A stretch of 57,747 bases of DNA from IMG/VR virus record IMGVR_UViG_3300033148_006757, positions 1 to 57,747 of that record; one strand, given 5' to 3'. Below the pieces are notes generated by a model. That model searched no databases. It was not told where the DNA came from and was given only the letters and a program-made list of their open reading frames with translations. Numbering within the stretch: position 1 is the stretch's first letter; every line of letters begins with the position of its first letter. The position numbers were made by a program, and so were the translations under genes. This document shows positions 1-8,788 of this stretch, piece after piece. The stretch is from a virus. Taxonomy: Duplodnaviria > Caudoviricetes.

Positions 1-60
1 ACGCTGAAGAGGTATGGAAAGATTGGGTCCTAACCGGATAGATCAAGGGAGTAACTTATA

Positions 61-204
61 ATGAACCAATCAGAAGTATTAGGTCTAGCAGGAATGATAG
101 CATCCGCTAGTGGATTAGATGGTTATACTCAGGGGTCAGTTTTATGCTCTATCATGTTCTTTCTATTCCTAGGGTATACATTATTAGGGAGGAGTGATAA
201 GTAG
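61..204 (+). CDS. small hypothetical membrane protein (47 aa)
   Basis: Manually translated: MNQSEVLGLAGMIASASG...SIMFFLFLGYTLLGRSDK; GGAG upstream; hydrophobic. Confidence 0.5.
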   Translation: MNQSEVLGLAGMIASASGLDGYTQGSVLCSIMFFLFLGYTLLGRSDK

Positions 205-214
205 GTATGAACTT

Positions 215-352
215 ATGGCTTTAATAGAATTACCTAACTGTCCTAAATGTTGGTCTGAGGGTAAGGTGAATAACGAATGGATAGCAGCAGGGAAAGGATG
301 GTATTGCTATGAATGTAGTTTTCGAATAGATATGCCAGGTACATGGGCCTAG
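215..352 (+). CDS. small zinc-ribbon protein (45 aa)
   Basis: Manually translated; CPKC...CYEC pairs; AGGT upstream. Confidence 0.6.
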   Translation: MALIELPNCPKCWSEGKVNNEWIAAGKGWYCYECSFRIDMPGTWA

Positions 353-387
353 GAAAAAGTTATTATAGGGGTAATTACCCATATATT

Positions 388-514
388 AGTGAACATATAG
401 TGAACATATAACGACTCTGGAATGTTCATATAGTGAACATGGGACAAAGTAGTGAACATATAGCAGCATGGAATGTTCATTAGGTGTTCATAATAGTGAA
501 CATATAGTGAACAT
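388..514. repeat. cluster of direct and inverted TGAACA / AGTGAACATAT repeats
   Basis: AGTGAACAT at 388, 399, 432, 451, 495, 506; inverted TGTTCA at 423, 474, 485. Confidence 0.9.
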
Positions 515-555
515 CTGACAGCATAGGATTAAAGTAGTAATAAGAGGTATTAGAA

Positions 556-1338
556 ATGGATGTGAATAATGGTGATAAAGGTAGTAATAATAATAGTGAT
601 GAAAGTGGTACTGATGTAGTGATATATGCAAATAATGCAAATAATGCAATTGTGCCAGCCCCTACGAATATCACCCCATTGAAATTAATTTCTGACGCGG
701 AAATAAAACCAATTCCAGAAAATTCCGACATAGTCCGGCGAGGGATATGTGACCCGATAATGGCCCTGGATCAATACACCGACGAAACATTAGAGATGTT
801 AGACCAGATCCAAAAGAACCAGGATCAGAAACACTCTAAAGCACCTCCCTTACGTTTCCATGATGTTACCCAGGAAGGGAAGCCTTTATACTTAGACCCG
901 AAGGTAGAATCTATCCGGAATCAGATATGGGAGTATTGGTATGAGCAGGGACTTAGTACAGCTAAGATGGTAGAGTTACTACATATAAGGAACCATGTAA
1001 TAATCCGCCACTTAGCAGTGTGCAAGGCCAGGTATGATGAGTGGATAGATCAGTACGGTCTCACAGTATATGGCAACCCTGCCCAGAGGTTGGATGACCT
1101 TCTGAAAGAGTTTAAAGAGATGCTAGAGGACATAGAGAAGGACATGAAGGTGGAAGGTATATCCGGGAAAGAGTTGAGGGAACTCCGAAAGTTAAAGCTA
1201 GACATACTGGATAGAGTGGCCAAGTATCAGGCAATCGAGCCACCTAAGAGCATAGATGTTACCATCCGAACTCCAGCAGAAGAGACTAGGGATAAGATGG
1301 TGGAGTTATTCCCAGATGGGGAAGGTGGGTATCAATGA
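556..1338 (+). CDS. HTH/coiled-coil protein, candidate terminase small subunit
   Basis: GAGGT RBS; HTH-like GLSTAKMVELLHIRNHVIIRHL, helical coiled region and short beta-like C-terminus (PKSIDVTI), as in TerS architecture; function inferred. Confidence 0.4.
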   Translation: MDVNNGDKGSNNNSDESGTDVVIYANNANNAIVPAPTNITPLKLISDAEIKPIPENSDIVRRGICDPIMALDQYTDETLEMLDQIQKNQDQKHSKAPPLRFHDVTQEGKPLYLDPKVESIRNQIWEYWYEQGLSTAKMVELLHIRNHVIIRHLAVCKARYDEWIDQYGLTVYGNPAQRLDDLLKEFKEMLEDIEKDMKVEGISGKELRELRKLKLDILDRVAKYQAIEPPKSIDVTIRTPAEETRDKMVELFPDGEGGYQ

Positions 1339-1670
1339 TAGAAATAGAAAAGTGGTATAATCAACAGAGATATGAATTCGAAATAAAAGAAGAGCTAGAG
1401 ATGGAATATAAAAGATTCTTTTACTCGGGTCTCTAATCCTGCCACTACCTCTGTTTTGTATGGGATGAATGATTCCATGATCATCCATCTTAGCGGGTAT
1501 AATTTCGGGGATAATTTCACTACCAATAGATGGGTTAGATATTTTCTCTTTTAGTCAAATGAAAATCTGTCTTTGTTTTAATATAGATAAGGTCAGATAT
1601 AAAAGTAAATACTGATTTCTATTCAAATGAAGAGAGAAAATAAATAGGAGAAAACACCTATTACAATAAG

Positions 1671-1997
1671 ATGACAGATAAGAAGGATAGTAAATGGACC
1701 CCGGAATACAGAAAAAATTATATGAAAGAATGGAGAAGAAAGAATAAAAGGAAGACGAAGGAGTATCAGGCTAGATGGAAGGCCGAGAATGAAGAGAGGT
1801 TGAAGGAATATCATAATAATTATATGAAAGAATGGAGAAAGATCCTGGGAAATAGGGAGAAAATAGCCAACTACCAAAAAGAGTGGAATAAGAATCACCC
1901 CGACTATCATAAAAATCGTCAGGAGGATATTGAGAGACAGAGAATAGCTGATAGGCAGAAAGAGATTGAACAAATGAATGATATTATAATAGGATGA
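1671..1997 (+). CDS. basic helical protein with repeated Y(M/Q)KEWR motifs
   Basis: NYMKEWRRK, NYMKEWRK, NYQKEWNK repeats. Confidence 0.6.
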   Translation: MTDKKDSKWTPEYRKNYMKEWRRKNKRKTKEYQARWKAENEERLKEYHNNYMKEWRKILGNREKIANYQKEWNKNHPDYHKNRQEDIERQRIADRQKEIEQMNDIIIG

Positions 1998-2130
1998 TAT
2001 AATGATAGGATAAGTGATTATATCTCAATATCTGGCTTTATATTAGTGTTAAATTAGATATTTGAGATATAATTCTAAGATATATGTTAATCCAAATAAG
2101 AAATCCTAGAAATCATAGAAATCGGGTTAG

Positions 2131-2591
2131 AAAAAGGGTATCCGATCCTATTTAGAGCTTATAGTAAAATCGGGAAACATACTGGGAAAGATTTGAAAAT
2201 GAGCTTGATCGAATATAAGAAAAGATCGGGGGGAAGTGTAGGAATATCTTCTGGAATAATGACAAAAAAAAACGCTACAGTAGCGAGGTGAGTGGGCTTT
2301 TACCAGGCTAATTGCCCGCCCTTTTCTCCGATCTCCTCTGCATTATTTCCAAGAGTCTAGTGGATTCGTATACAGTTTTTCTATCCTCTTCTATCCGGTA
2401 AATAGTGATGTCCATCATGAACATCGCGGCTTTGATATCGGCTATTTGCTCGGTCGGTACCTGGATTCCTATCATCCCTTCGTAGTCGGGATTTCCTTCA
2501 TCATCTTCATACTCTTCTGCAATATTTATGGTGTACATTTCTAAAACCTCGTAGGATTTAACCTCTAAATCTAACCTATGAATTTAACCTC
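2131..2591. repeat. boundary-conserved module A (AAAAAGGGT..CCGAT ... triple AACCT)
   Basis: Left motif AAAAAGGGTATCCGATCCTATTTA at 2131; right motif GTAGGATTTAACCT-N-CTAACCTA-N-AACCTC at 2551-2591; homologues at 3859 and 57149. Confidence 0.8.
2308..2538 (-). CDS. hypothetical protein
   Basis: 76-aa ORF with GAGGT RBS. Confidence 0.7.
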   Translation of the reverse strand: MYTINIAEEYEDDEGNPDYEGMIGIQVPTEQIADIKAAMFMMDITIYRIEEDRKTVYESTRLLEIMQRRSEKRAGN

Positions 2592-2734
2592 TTATATATC
2601 TCTCTTTTCATCTTCGGTGAGCTTTTTGACCGTCTAGGCCTAAACTTTGGCCCTGATTCCTATTTCTTTTGGAAGTGTATTTTTCCATCCGGAGCTCTCC
2701 AAAAATTCATTTTAGATCAAAAAAATTTAATGAT

Positions 2735-2881
2735 CTAGAGAACTCTTCTTATTCTTCTGATCTGTTCATTTGGTCTTGAACATTCAAAATCTTTTCGGAC
2801 TTCAGCAGGATTTTCATTCCACACTCTCAAACAAACTTCATTAATATCTTCGATTTCATATAAATTATCCAAAATAGTCAC
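2735..2881 (-). CDS. small hypothetical protein (48 aa, GTG start)
   Basis: Manually translated MTILDNLYEIEDINEVCLRVWNENPAEVRKDFECSRPNEQIRRIRRVL; AGGA upstream; follows 2890..3036. Confidence 0.5.
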   Translation of the reverse strand: MTILDNLYEIEDINEVCLRVWNENPAEVRKDFECSRPNEQIRRIRRVL

Positions 2882-2889
2882 TTCCTAAA

Positions 2890-3036
2890 TTATTCTATAA
2901 ATCTATCCTCAAACATTATTATACAGTTATCCCTATCTAACTGTACACAAATTCCTTCACCACTCCCAAATTGATCTTCTACCTCTTTTTCTGAGAGTTG
3001 ATCGATACTGTCCAAAATTTTTTGTTTAATGCTCAT
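2890..3036 (-). CDS. small acidic hypothetical protein (48 aa)
   Basis: Manually translated MSIKQKILDSIDQLSEKEVEDQFG...; GAGGT RBS and TATA promoter at 3071-3105. Confidence 0.6.
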   Translation of the reverse strand: MSIKQKILDSIDQLSEKEVEDQFGSGEGICVQLDRDNCIIMFEDRFIE

Positions 3037-3070
3037 TTCGAATTACCTCTGATAGTTCTATTACTATCAA

Positions 3071-3105
3071 TTCTTAGTATGTCTTAAGAGTATATATAGA
3101 TTGCT
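3071..3105 (-). promoter_or_regulatory. TATA promoter with AAGACATACTA motif
   Basis: Minus strand AGCAATCTATATATACTCTTAAGACATACTAAG upstream of 3036. Confidence 0.7.
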
Positions 3106-3122
3106 ATTTAGATTTATCCAAA

Positions 3123-3160
3123 AAAATTTTAGAGAGCTAGGAGGAACTCTCTAAAATTTT
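3123..3160. terminator. perfect 14-bp inverted repeat, probable terminator
   Basis: AAAATTTTAGAGAG (3123-3136) / CTCTCTAAAATTTT (3147-3160), just downstream of the 3168..3434 minus-strand gene. Confidence 0.6.
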
Positions 3161-3167
3161 AATGGGC

Positions 3168-3434
3168 TTACTCAAACTCGGTTTTCTTTATAACTTTTTG
3201 TGAGTAGTGAACAATCCAATCTTCCTGAAATTCCTCTGAGGCATCCTCAGCTTTTTGGACTAATCTCTCGCGAATTTCGACAGTTCCGCACCCTTCGACT
3301 TCAGCTTTTTTATAGACCAGTCCGAACTTATTCATATATTTTTGAAGTGCTACCTCACTTGCAAAAATTTCTGACTCTTCTGGCTTTTTCATATTCAATG
3401 CTAATATACATTTGTCAATTCCTTTGCGTGTCAT
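3168..3434 (-). CDS. hypothetical protein
   Basis: 88-aa ORF, GAGGT RBS, promoter at 3491-3530. Confidence 0.7.
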   Translation of the reverse strand: MTRKGIDKCILALNMKKPEESEIFASEVALQKYMNKFGLVYKKAEVEGCGTVEIRERLVQKAEDASEEFQEDWIVHYSQKVIKKTEFE

Positions 3435-3490
3435 ATTTTTTTACCTCTCAAATTTTTATTTATAGTTTATTTTAGAGCTCTTATTTTGCT

Positions 3491-3610
3491 CTTAGTCTTA
3501 GTACGCTCCCAGAGTATATATACTTTTCTACCTTGGCTTAGTTCTAAATTATTAATCATTATAGATAGAAATTAAATAGAAAGCTTTATATACCTAGGCT
3601 GCGTACTACT
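3491..3610. promoter_or_regulatory. divergent TATA promoters sharing a GCGTACTA motif
   Basis: Minus strand TAGAAAAGTATATATACTCTGGGAGCGTACTAAG; plus strand TAGAAAGCTTTATATACCTAGGCTGCGTACTA. Confidence 0.65.
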
Positions 3611-3656
3611 AACTGAGTATAAAACTCAAATAATAAACTGAATGAGGTAATTTAAA

Positions 3657-3797
3657 ATGAGTGATCAATTAGAAAAATTAGCAAGAGCAGCACTGAATAA
3701 ACTTTCAAAGGAAGAGTTAATCGATCAACTGTCTAATAAAATGACAGTTGTAGAAATGATGGCACTTGTAGAAAAAGATTATAAAGAGACCAAGTAA
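3657..3797 (+). CDS. small helical hypothetical protein (46 aa)
   Basis: Manually translated MSDQLEKLARAALNKLSKEELIDQLSNK...; GAGGT RBS; T-tract after stop. Confidence 0.65.
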   Translation: MSDQLEKLARAALNKLSKEELIDQLSNKMTVVEMMALVEKDYKETK

Positions 3798-3858
3798 TTT
3801 TTTTTGGTCAGTGATTTGAATCACAGTGTGAATATAAAAATCATAAAAATCAATTTTT

Positions 3859-4320
3859 AAAAAGGGTATCCGATTATAAATAGAGCTTAATTATATTTTA
3901 GAAGTTATTTTTGAAGATCTTAGAAAATTAGTTCCTAAAATAGTTTAGAAAGTATTTTAAAACTATTTTAGGAAGTTTATTAGAATTATTCTAAGATTAT
4001 TATATAAATATAGCAATTAAATTCTATAATTAATTCTATAATCTTAGCTAGAGCTAGTATTAATTATTCAATAAAACTCAAAAAACCAGCTTAAAATAGC
4101 TAAAATAAGCTCATATATCGAGTTATTTTATAATTAGAATGGTAATATATGGCTAGAATAATTAATAATAGCTCATACTAGCTTAAAACTAGAATAAATT
4201 AGAAATAACACTCTAGAATTATTGTTGAGCTTGATCAGCTTAATGAAAGAATAAATATATTTTAGAAGTTTCGAAAAACCGTAGGATTTAACCTATCAAT
4301 CTAACCTACAGAAAAACCTC
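3859..4320. repeat. boundary-conserved module B
   Basis: AAAAAGGGTATCCGAT at 3859; GTAGGATTTAACCTATCAATCTAACCTACAGAAAAACCTC at 4281-4320. Confidence 0.8.
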
Positions 4321-4441
4321 CACGGGTTAGTGTTTTATTATTATAGGAATATATTTTGGAAGTGATTTTAATAATATATTATTTAATCACATTATAAATA
4401 TATTTTCACCAATTCCTAAAAATTATATTGCTTATTATAAA

Positions 4442-4633
4442 TTATTTTAATAAGCCGCTTTTATTATGATTTTTTAAATATTTATATTTTTGCCAATTTT
4501 CTTCACTTCCATGCAAAATATTATTATGAGGATTATAAATATAATTTAAAAATCCTCTTAAATTATTTTGATAGTTATGCGCTTTTGCAATTTTTTTATT
4601 TTTATTAACTTTTTTAAATGCTTTATTTCTCAT
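4442..4633 (-). CDS. small basic hypothetical protein
   Basis: 63-aa ORF with AGGAG RBS and TATA cassette at 4685-4722. Confidence 0.45.
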   Translation of the reverse strand: MRNKAFKKVNKNKKIAKAHNYQNNLRGFLNYIYNPHNNILHGSEENWQKYKYLKNHNKSGLLK

Positions 4634-4684
4634 ATTAAATTTCTCCTAAAGTTATATATAATATTATTATTTAATATTATATAA

Positions 4685-4998
4685 TATATAATAGCCTTAA
4701 TACTATATAAAGCTTTCTATTTAATATTATATTATATAACTATTAATCATTATATATAACTATCAAAAAAATTATCTACTTTTATAACCTTCTAAATTTA
4801 TTTGCATTTCTAAATCTAAATAACTATCAAAAATTCCATCTATATAAAAATCTTTATACACTTTTAACTCTCTAAATAATTCACTTCCTAATTCAAAAAT
4901 TTCCATTTAATACACTTCCTAAATTTATTTATTTACTAATTTTAATTAAATTCTCAATACTATATAATAACCTTAATCCTATATATACCTTTCTATTT
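4685..4998 (-). promoter_or_regulatory. duplicated 38-bp promoter cassette (4685-4722 and 4961-4998)
   Basis: TATATAATAGCCTTAATACTATATAAAGCTTTCTATTT vs TATATAATAACCTTAATCCTATATATACCTTTCTATTT (4 mismatches); each precedes a minus-strand small ORF. Confidence 0.7.
4772..4906 (-). CDS. small acidic hypothetical protein (44 aa)
   Basis: Manually translated MEIFELGSELFRELKVYKDFYIDGIFDSYLDLEMQINLEGYKSR; AGGAAGTG upstream. Confidence 0.45.
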   Translation of the reverse strand: MEIFELGSELFRELKVYKDFYIDGIFDSYLDLEMQINLEGYKSR

Positions 4999-5729
4999 GC
5001 ATTTTTATAATTATAATAATCATAATATATTAATATTAATATAAACTCTCAATTATAAATTTAAATTTAATATCAATATAACTCTATTAATATAATACCA
5101 CAGCTATGCTATTATTAAATAATAATTATAACATTATAATTATATATCTTAAATTATAATACTATTAATTATATACTCATTAAATATATTAATTATAATA
5201 ATAACTTATAAAAAATATCTATACTATTATAATTAATATATAACTTTATAATTATATATACACACTATATATATAATAATAATATAACTTTATATATATA
5301 TTAATGCATATATAATCACATAATGATATAAATAATAATATAATAATATATATATAATAATCATATAACTTTATAAAAAAATATATATACTCTATCTAAA
5401 TATATTAATAATAAATATAACTTAATAAAATACTTTATATATATAACTTTTCAAAAAATCATAACTCCCCCCTCCCCTTTTTTATACAGCGGGTGGCTCA
5501 TTTTACACATATATCATATTTTCCGTATTCTCCGGCGCGGTCCAAAAAATTTTCTGTAAAAAATTTTCAAGTATAAGGGTGTGGTCCTAAGTTTAATAAA
5601 AACCTTAATAATAACTCAATTATAACATTCATACAAACATCTATATATAATAAAACACCCATATCTACTAGTATCTTAGTTATTAATTTACCAAAAAATC
5701 CGATAACAACTCAATAGGGAGGGATTATA

Positions 5730-5864
5730 ATACCATTTGCAGATTACGAAGACTTCGATGAATGCGTGAGGAAAAATCAGGATAAGAAAGATCCAGAAGC
5801 ATATTGTGCTGAGATTGAAAGGCAAGCGGGAAGAGTCTTTAAAGAGGAGAGAAAGGGGTTCTAA
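5730..5864 (+). CDS. small Cys-containing protein, probable ATA start
   Basis: (M)PFADYEDFDECVRKNQDKKDPEAYCAEIERQ... behind GGGAGG; resembles a short MPF..Y..F..CV..N......AYC motif I recall from head-tail virus head modules. Confidence 0.55.
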   Translation: MPFADYEDFDECVRKNQDKKDPEAYCAEIERQAGRVFKEERKGF

Positions 5865-6012
5865 GAATTTAATATAATCCCTAGGGGAGGCCCGTTTCCG
5901 TATAATGAAAAAAGCTCTTAATTACTTAGCGAAGTTATATACCACACGCTTATGATATTCATAAATACCATTAGATAGACACTTATATATACATAGGAAT
6001 CAATATAGGAGT

Positions 6013-6201
6013 ATGAATAAAATTAATACCAAGAATAATCCCAAATTCCTCCCCCTAAATAGTGAATCTAATTATCAGGGCGCCATGATGAAGCAGATGG
6101 AACGGATAGAAGATAGGGTAGATGGAATTGGAGTATTGATTCTGATCCATATGGTGGTTGTAATCATGGGGATTATAGGGATTATGATAGTCGCCCAGTA
6201 G
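6013..6201 (+). CDS. small coiled-coil plus C-terminal TM protein
   Basis: AGGAG RBS; hydrophobic C-terminus. Confidence 0.6.
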   Translation: MNKINTKNNPKFLPLNSESNYQGAMMKQMERIEDRVDGIGVLILIHMVVVIMGIIGIMIVAQ

Positions 6202-6253
6202 GGTTATAATATAAATATGGATATAAATATAGACGGACTAGGAGAGGATCAGA

Positions 6254-7270
6254 ATAGTATATCAGAGCATACCAGAGGATTACTATACATTTGATGCATC
6301 TCTTAAACAGATAACCCTCCTAGTACCATATGATTCTGTAGAGCTTGGGCAGATACAGAGTATCCGGAATCTTACTACTTATGAGGTTTTATTCGACTCC
6401 TGGCTAAATGATGAGCTTATCAGTCTAAGCGGAGGGGTTATTACTCATACACATGTGAGTAGTAATCAAGCTCAGAAAGATACCGATAAATTACAGATCT
6501 TTATAGATGCCGGGAGTATGCCGGATATTCCTATTTTAACTCAGGAACATCGTACCTCTGTCTCTGAAGGAGATATTCATAAGACGGATGTATGTATAGG
6601 GTCTAATAATGCTATCGGGGCCGGCCCTTTTGTGATTTTATCAAATTGTGATGCGGTTCAGCCATCAGCAGGTGTTCAGATGCAATTTGTATCAACCAGT
6701 GGAGAAGATGCTCTTTTAGGAAGCGGAGTACAGAAGATGAAACTCTACTATTTCGCCGAGAGTCCTTGGGAGCTTAAGAATGAAGTGGTTGAAATGGATG
6801 GTACTACTCCAGTTAATACGGATGCTACAGATATTTATAGAATCCATAAGGTTGAAGCTTCTAAAGGGCATCCAGCGGTTGGAACTATTACTATAAAATC
6901 TACCGATACTGTCACACTATATGCTCAGATAGACCCCTATACCACCTTTTTCCAGCGGGCTATATTTTATGTCGAGACTGGATATCAGGCTATGGTTACG
7001 GATATAATCCTGGGATGTTCTACTAATGGAGGAGTTAAATGGCGGCTTTTCAAATCTTTTGAAGATGAAGATACTGGAGAAGTTGTCACTAGGGGGAGGT
7101 TAAGTGTTAGTGTAGCGGATGATGCTATACATATACCCCTTGGAATAGGAGTGAAAGTATCTAACCCGAATGGGAAGAGAATTGCGATTGGGTTGGCGGT
7201 CCAGGGGGCTGTGGCTAATCAAGAAGGGATTGGAACCATGAGGGGATATTGTAAGAAAATAGGTGCGTAA
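6254..7270 (+). CDS. putative virion structural protein (start extended from GTG 6455 to ATA 6254)
   Basis: Frame is open from 6242; GGAGAGG precedes ATA 6254; beta-rich, contains EVVEMDGTTPVNT. Confidence 0.6.
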   Translation: MVYQSIPEDYYTFDASLKQITLLVPYDSVELGQIQSIRNLTTYEVLFDSWLNDELISLSGGVITHTHVSSNQAQKDTDKLQIFIDAGSMPDIPILTQEHRTSVSEGDIHKTDVCIGSNNAIGAGPFVILSNCDAVQPSAGVQMQFVSTSGEDALLGSGVQKMKLYYFAESPWELKNEVVEMDGTTPVNTDATDIYRIHKVEASKGHPAVGTITIKSTDTVTLYAQIDPYTTFFQRAIFYVETGYQAMVTDIILGCSTNGGVKWRLFKSFEDEDTGEVVTRGRLSVSVADDAIHIPLGIGVKVSNPNGKRIAIGLAVQGAVANQEGIGTMRGYCKKIGA

Positions 7271-7272
7271 TT

Positions 7273-7545
7273 ATGACCGGAAAATCATTACCCTGGAAAA
7301 TGAATGATGAAGAGTTAAAGAATTTTATAGAGTACTGTAAGAAGCCCGTAACCGCAGGACTGATTGGAGGAGGATCGTGCCTCATGCTAGAACACCTATT
7401 CGAGTATGGGGGATTCGATTTATTGGACTTCTGGGGGCATGAGTATCTGGGATATGGTATGATAACATCCGGATTCCTATTATCTATAAAGTGGAAGCAG
7501 TGGAAAGAACTCAAACTATATAAATTAAAGAATATAATAAGGTGA
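7273..7545 (+). CDS. small membrane protein
   Basis: Two hydrophobic segments; AGGTG RBS. Confidence 0.6.
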   Translation: MTGKSLPWKMNDEELKNFIEYCKKPVTAGLIGGGSCLMLEHLFEYGGFDLLDFWGHEYLGYGMITSGFLLSIKWKQWKELKLYKLKNIIR

Positions 7546-7550
7546 TATAA

Positions 7551-7715
7551 ATGGAAGTAGATCAAGTAAAAGTGGCAATCTGCGCAGTTGTGATTCTGGA
7601 AATCGGAATGGGTATAATAGCATACTGTAGTGGTTCAGCTCCAGACATGGGCACCATTGGTATGGGAATAACAGCAATTGCTGGCATAGTCGGATACGAT
7701 ATGAAAAAGGAATAA
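7551..7715 (+). CDS. two-TM small protein, holin-like
   Basis: Manually translated MEVDQVKVAICAVVILEIGMGIIAY...MGITAIAGIVGYDMKKE; AGGTGA RBS. Confidence 0.55.
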   Translation: MEVDQVKVAICAVVILEIGMGIIAYCSGSAPDMGTIGMGITAIAGIVGYDMKKE

Positions 7716-7717
7716 TA

Positions 7718-8206
7718 ATGAATAAACTAAGTATAACATTAATTGCAATCGCGTTGTTAGTAATATCTGTAGCATCAGCGGCGATATTAACAGAATATTT
7801 CAGAGATGAAAGAGTTGTGGAAGTAGCACCCTGGATGTCGTTCGAAGTCGATAATGACCCCAGAGATATTACATATGGAGATACACAGCTATATGACTAC
7901 ATTAATATCACCAGCCATAAGAAGTACAGTTCCACTTGCGAGATTCAAACCGATATATTTTTCAATGGTAATGAATTGGTAGATCTGGAAGGTATCCGGG
8001 TTGATTATAGTGTGGAGTCTGGTAGTGGAGCATTAATCACACCAAAGGATATAAATGATAATGGTTTACCTGATGCGGCTGTTTTTGGAACACAAGACGC
8101 CGATGGCATCTTCACGATCAGAAGGAATATCCGAATTAATGAGGATCTTACACCAGGAACATATCGTATAGTTACAATACTGATCCCATATCAGGGCAGT
8201 ACATAA
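7718..8206 (+). CDS. secreted/surface protein with signal peptide
   Basis: MNKLSITLIAIALLVISVASA signal-like N-terminus; beta-rich body ending LTPGTYRIVT. Confidence 0.65.
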   Translation: MNKLSITLIAIALLVISVASAAILTEYFRDERVVEVAPWMSFEVDNDPRDITYGDTQLYDYINITSHKKYSSTCEIQTDIFFNGNELVDLEGIRVDYSVESGSGALITPKDINDNGLPDAAVFGTQDADGIFTIRRNIRINEDLTPGTYRIVTILIPYQGST

Positions 8207-8275
8207 GCCCTTGCAGCGATTGCTGCGATGGTAGTGAAAGATTATTTCCCGTCAAGAGAACAGGAGACATAAATT

Positions 8276-8728
8276 ATGGCAGAAAACAGATGGACAGCAT
8301 ACGATTCAATTGCAAGTTATTTAACGACTGAATTAAATTCCTTGGCAGATAACGGGAATAAATTAGGCGCTGCGATAGACTTTGCAACCGCTGGAGCCGA
8401 TAGAAAACTCTACATGGACATTGAGGTATATCTAGGGTCGGTTGATCTATCAGCGCAGACCAACCCGGCATTATATTTGTGGGTTTTAGGTAGGACTGAT
8501 GGAACGAATTTCGAAGATGGTAGTGATACAGTAAACCCTGCAAGACCACCTGATGTGATAATCCCACTTAGGGCTTTCAATGGAGTGCAGAGAGTGTTCG
8601 CAAAGCGTGTGTTAACTACACCAGACCAGGGCAAGATATTGATAGAGAGTCAAGTTGGCGGGAGTGTGGCGTTGGCGGCAACATTGAATACTATGAAGTA
8701 TTATCTATACAGTGAAGAATTCGTATAG
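8276..8728 (+). CDS. putative virion accessory protein
   Basis: AGGAG RBS; beta-rich; sits in the adhesin cluster. Confidence 0.55.
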   Translation: MAENRWTAYDSIASYLTTELNSLADNGNKLGAAIDFATAGADRKLYMDIEVYLGSVDLSAQTNPALYLWVLGRTDGTNFEDGSDTVNPARPPDVIIPLRAFNGVQRVFAKRVLTTPDQGKILIESQVGGSVALAATLNTMKYYLYSEEFV

Positions 8729-8788
8729 GTGTGTATAGTGACTGACTACTACATTAAGAATGTCTCCAGTGAAGGAATGGTATAATAA

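Larger units (their letters stand above)
4330..5462. other. extremely AT-rich tract, plus strand almost devoid of G from about 4630
   Basis: Direct reading: long TATA/ATTA runs with only scattered G between 4630 and 5460. Confidence 0.9.

Noticed and set aside
388-514. Possible CRISPR or mini-array
   Set aside because: Repeats are only 9-11 bp, occur in both orientations, have irregular spacing and no cas genes nearby
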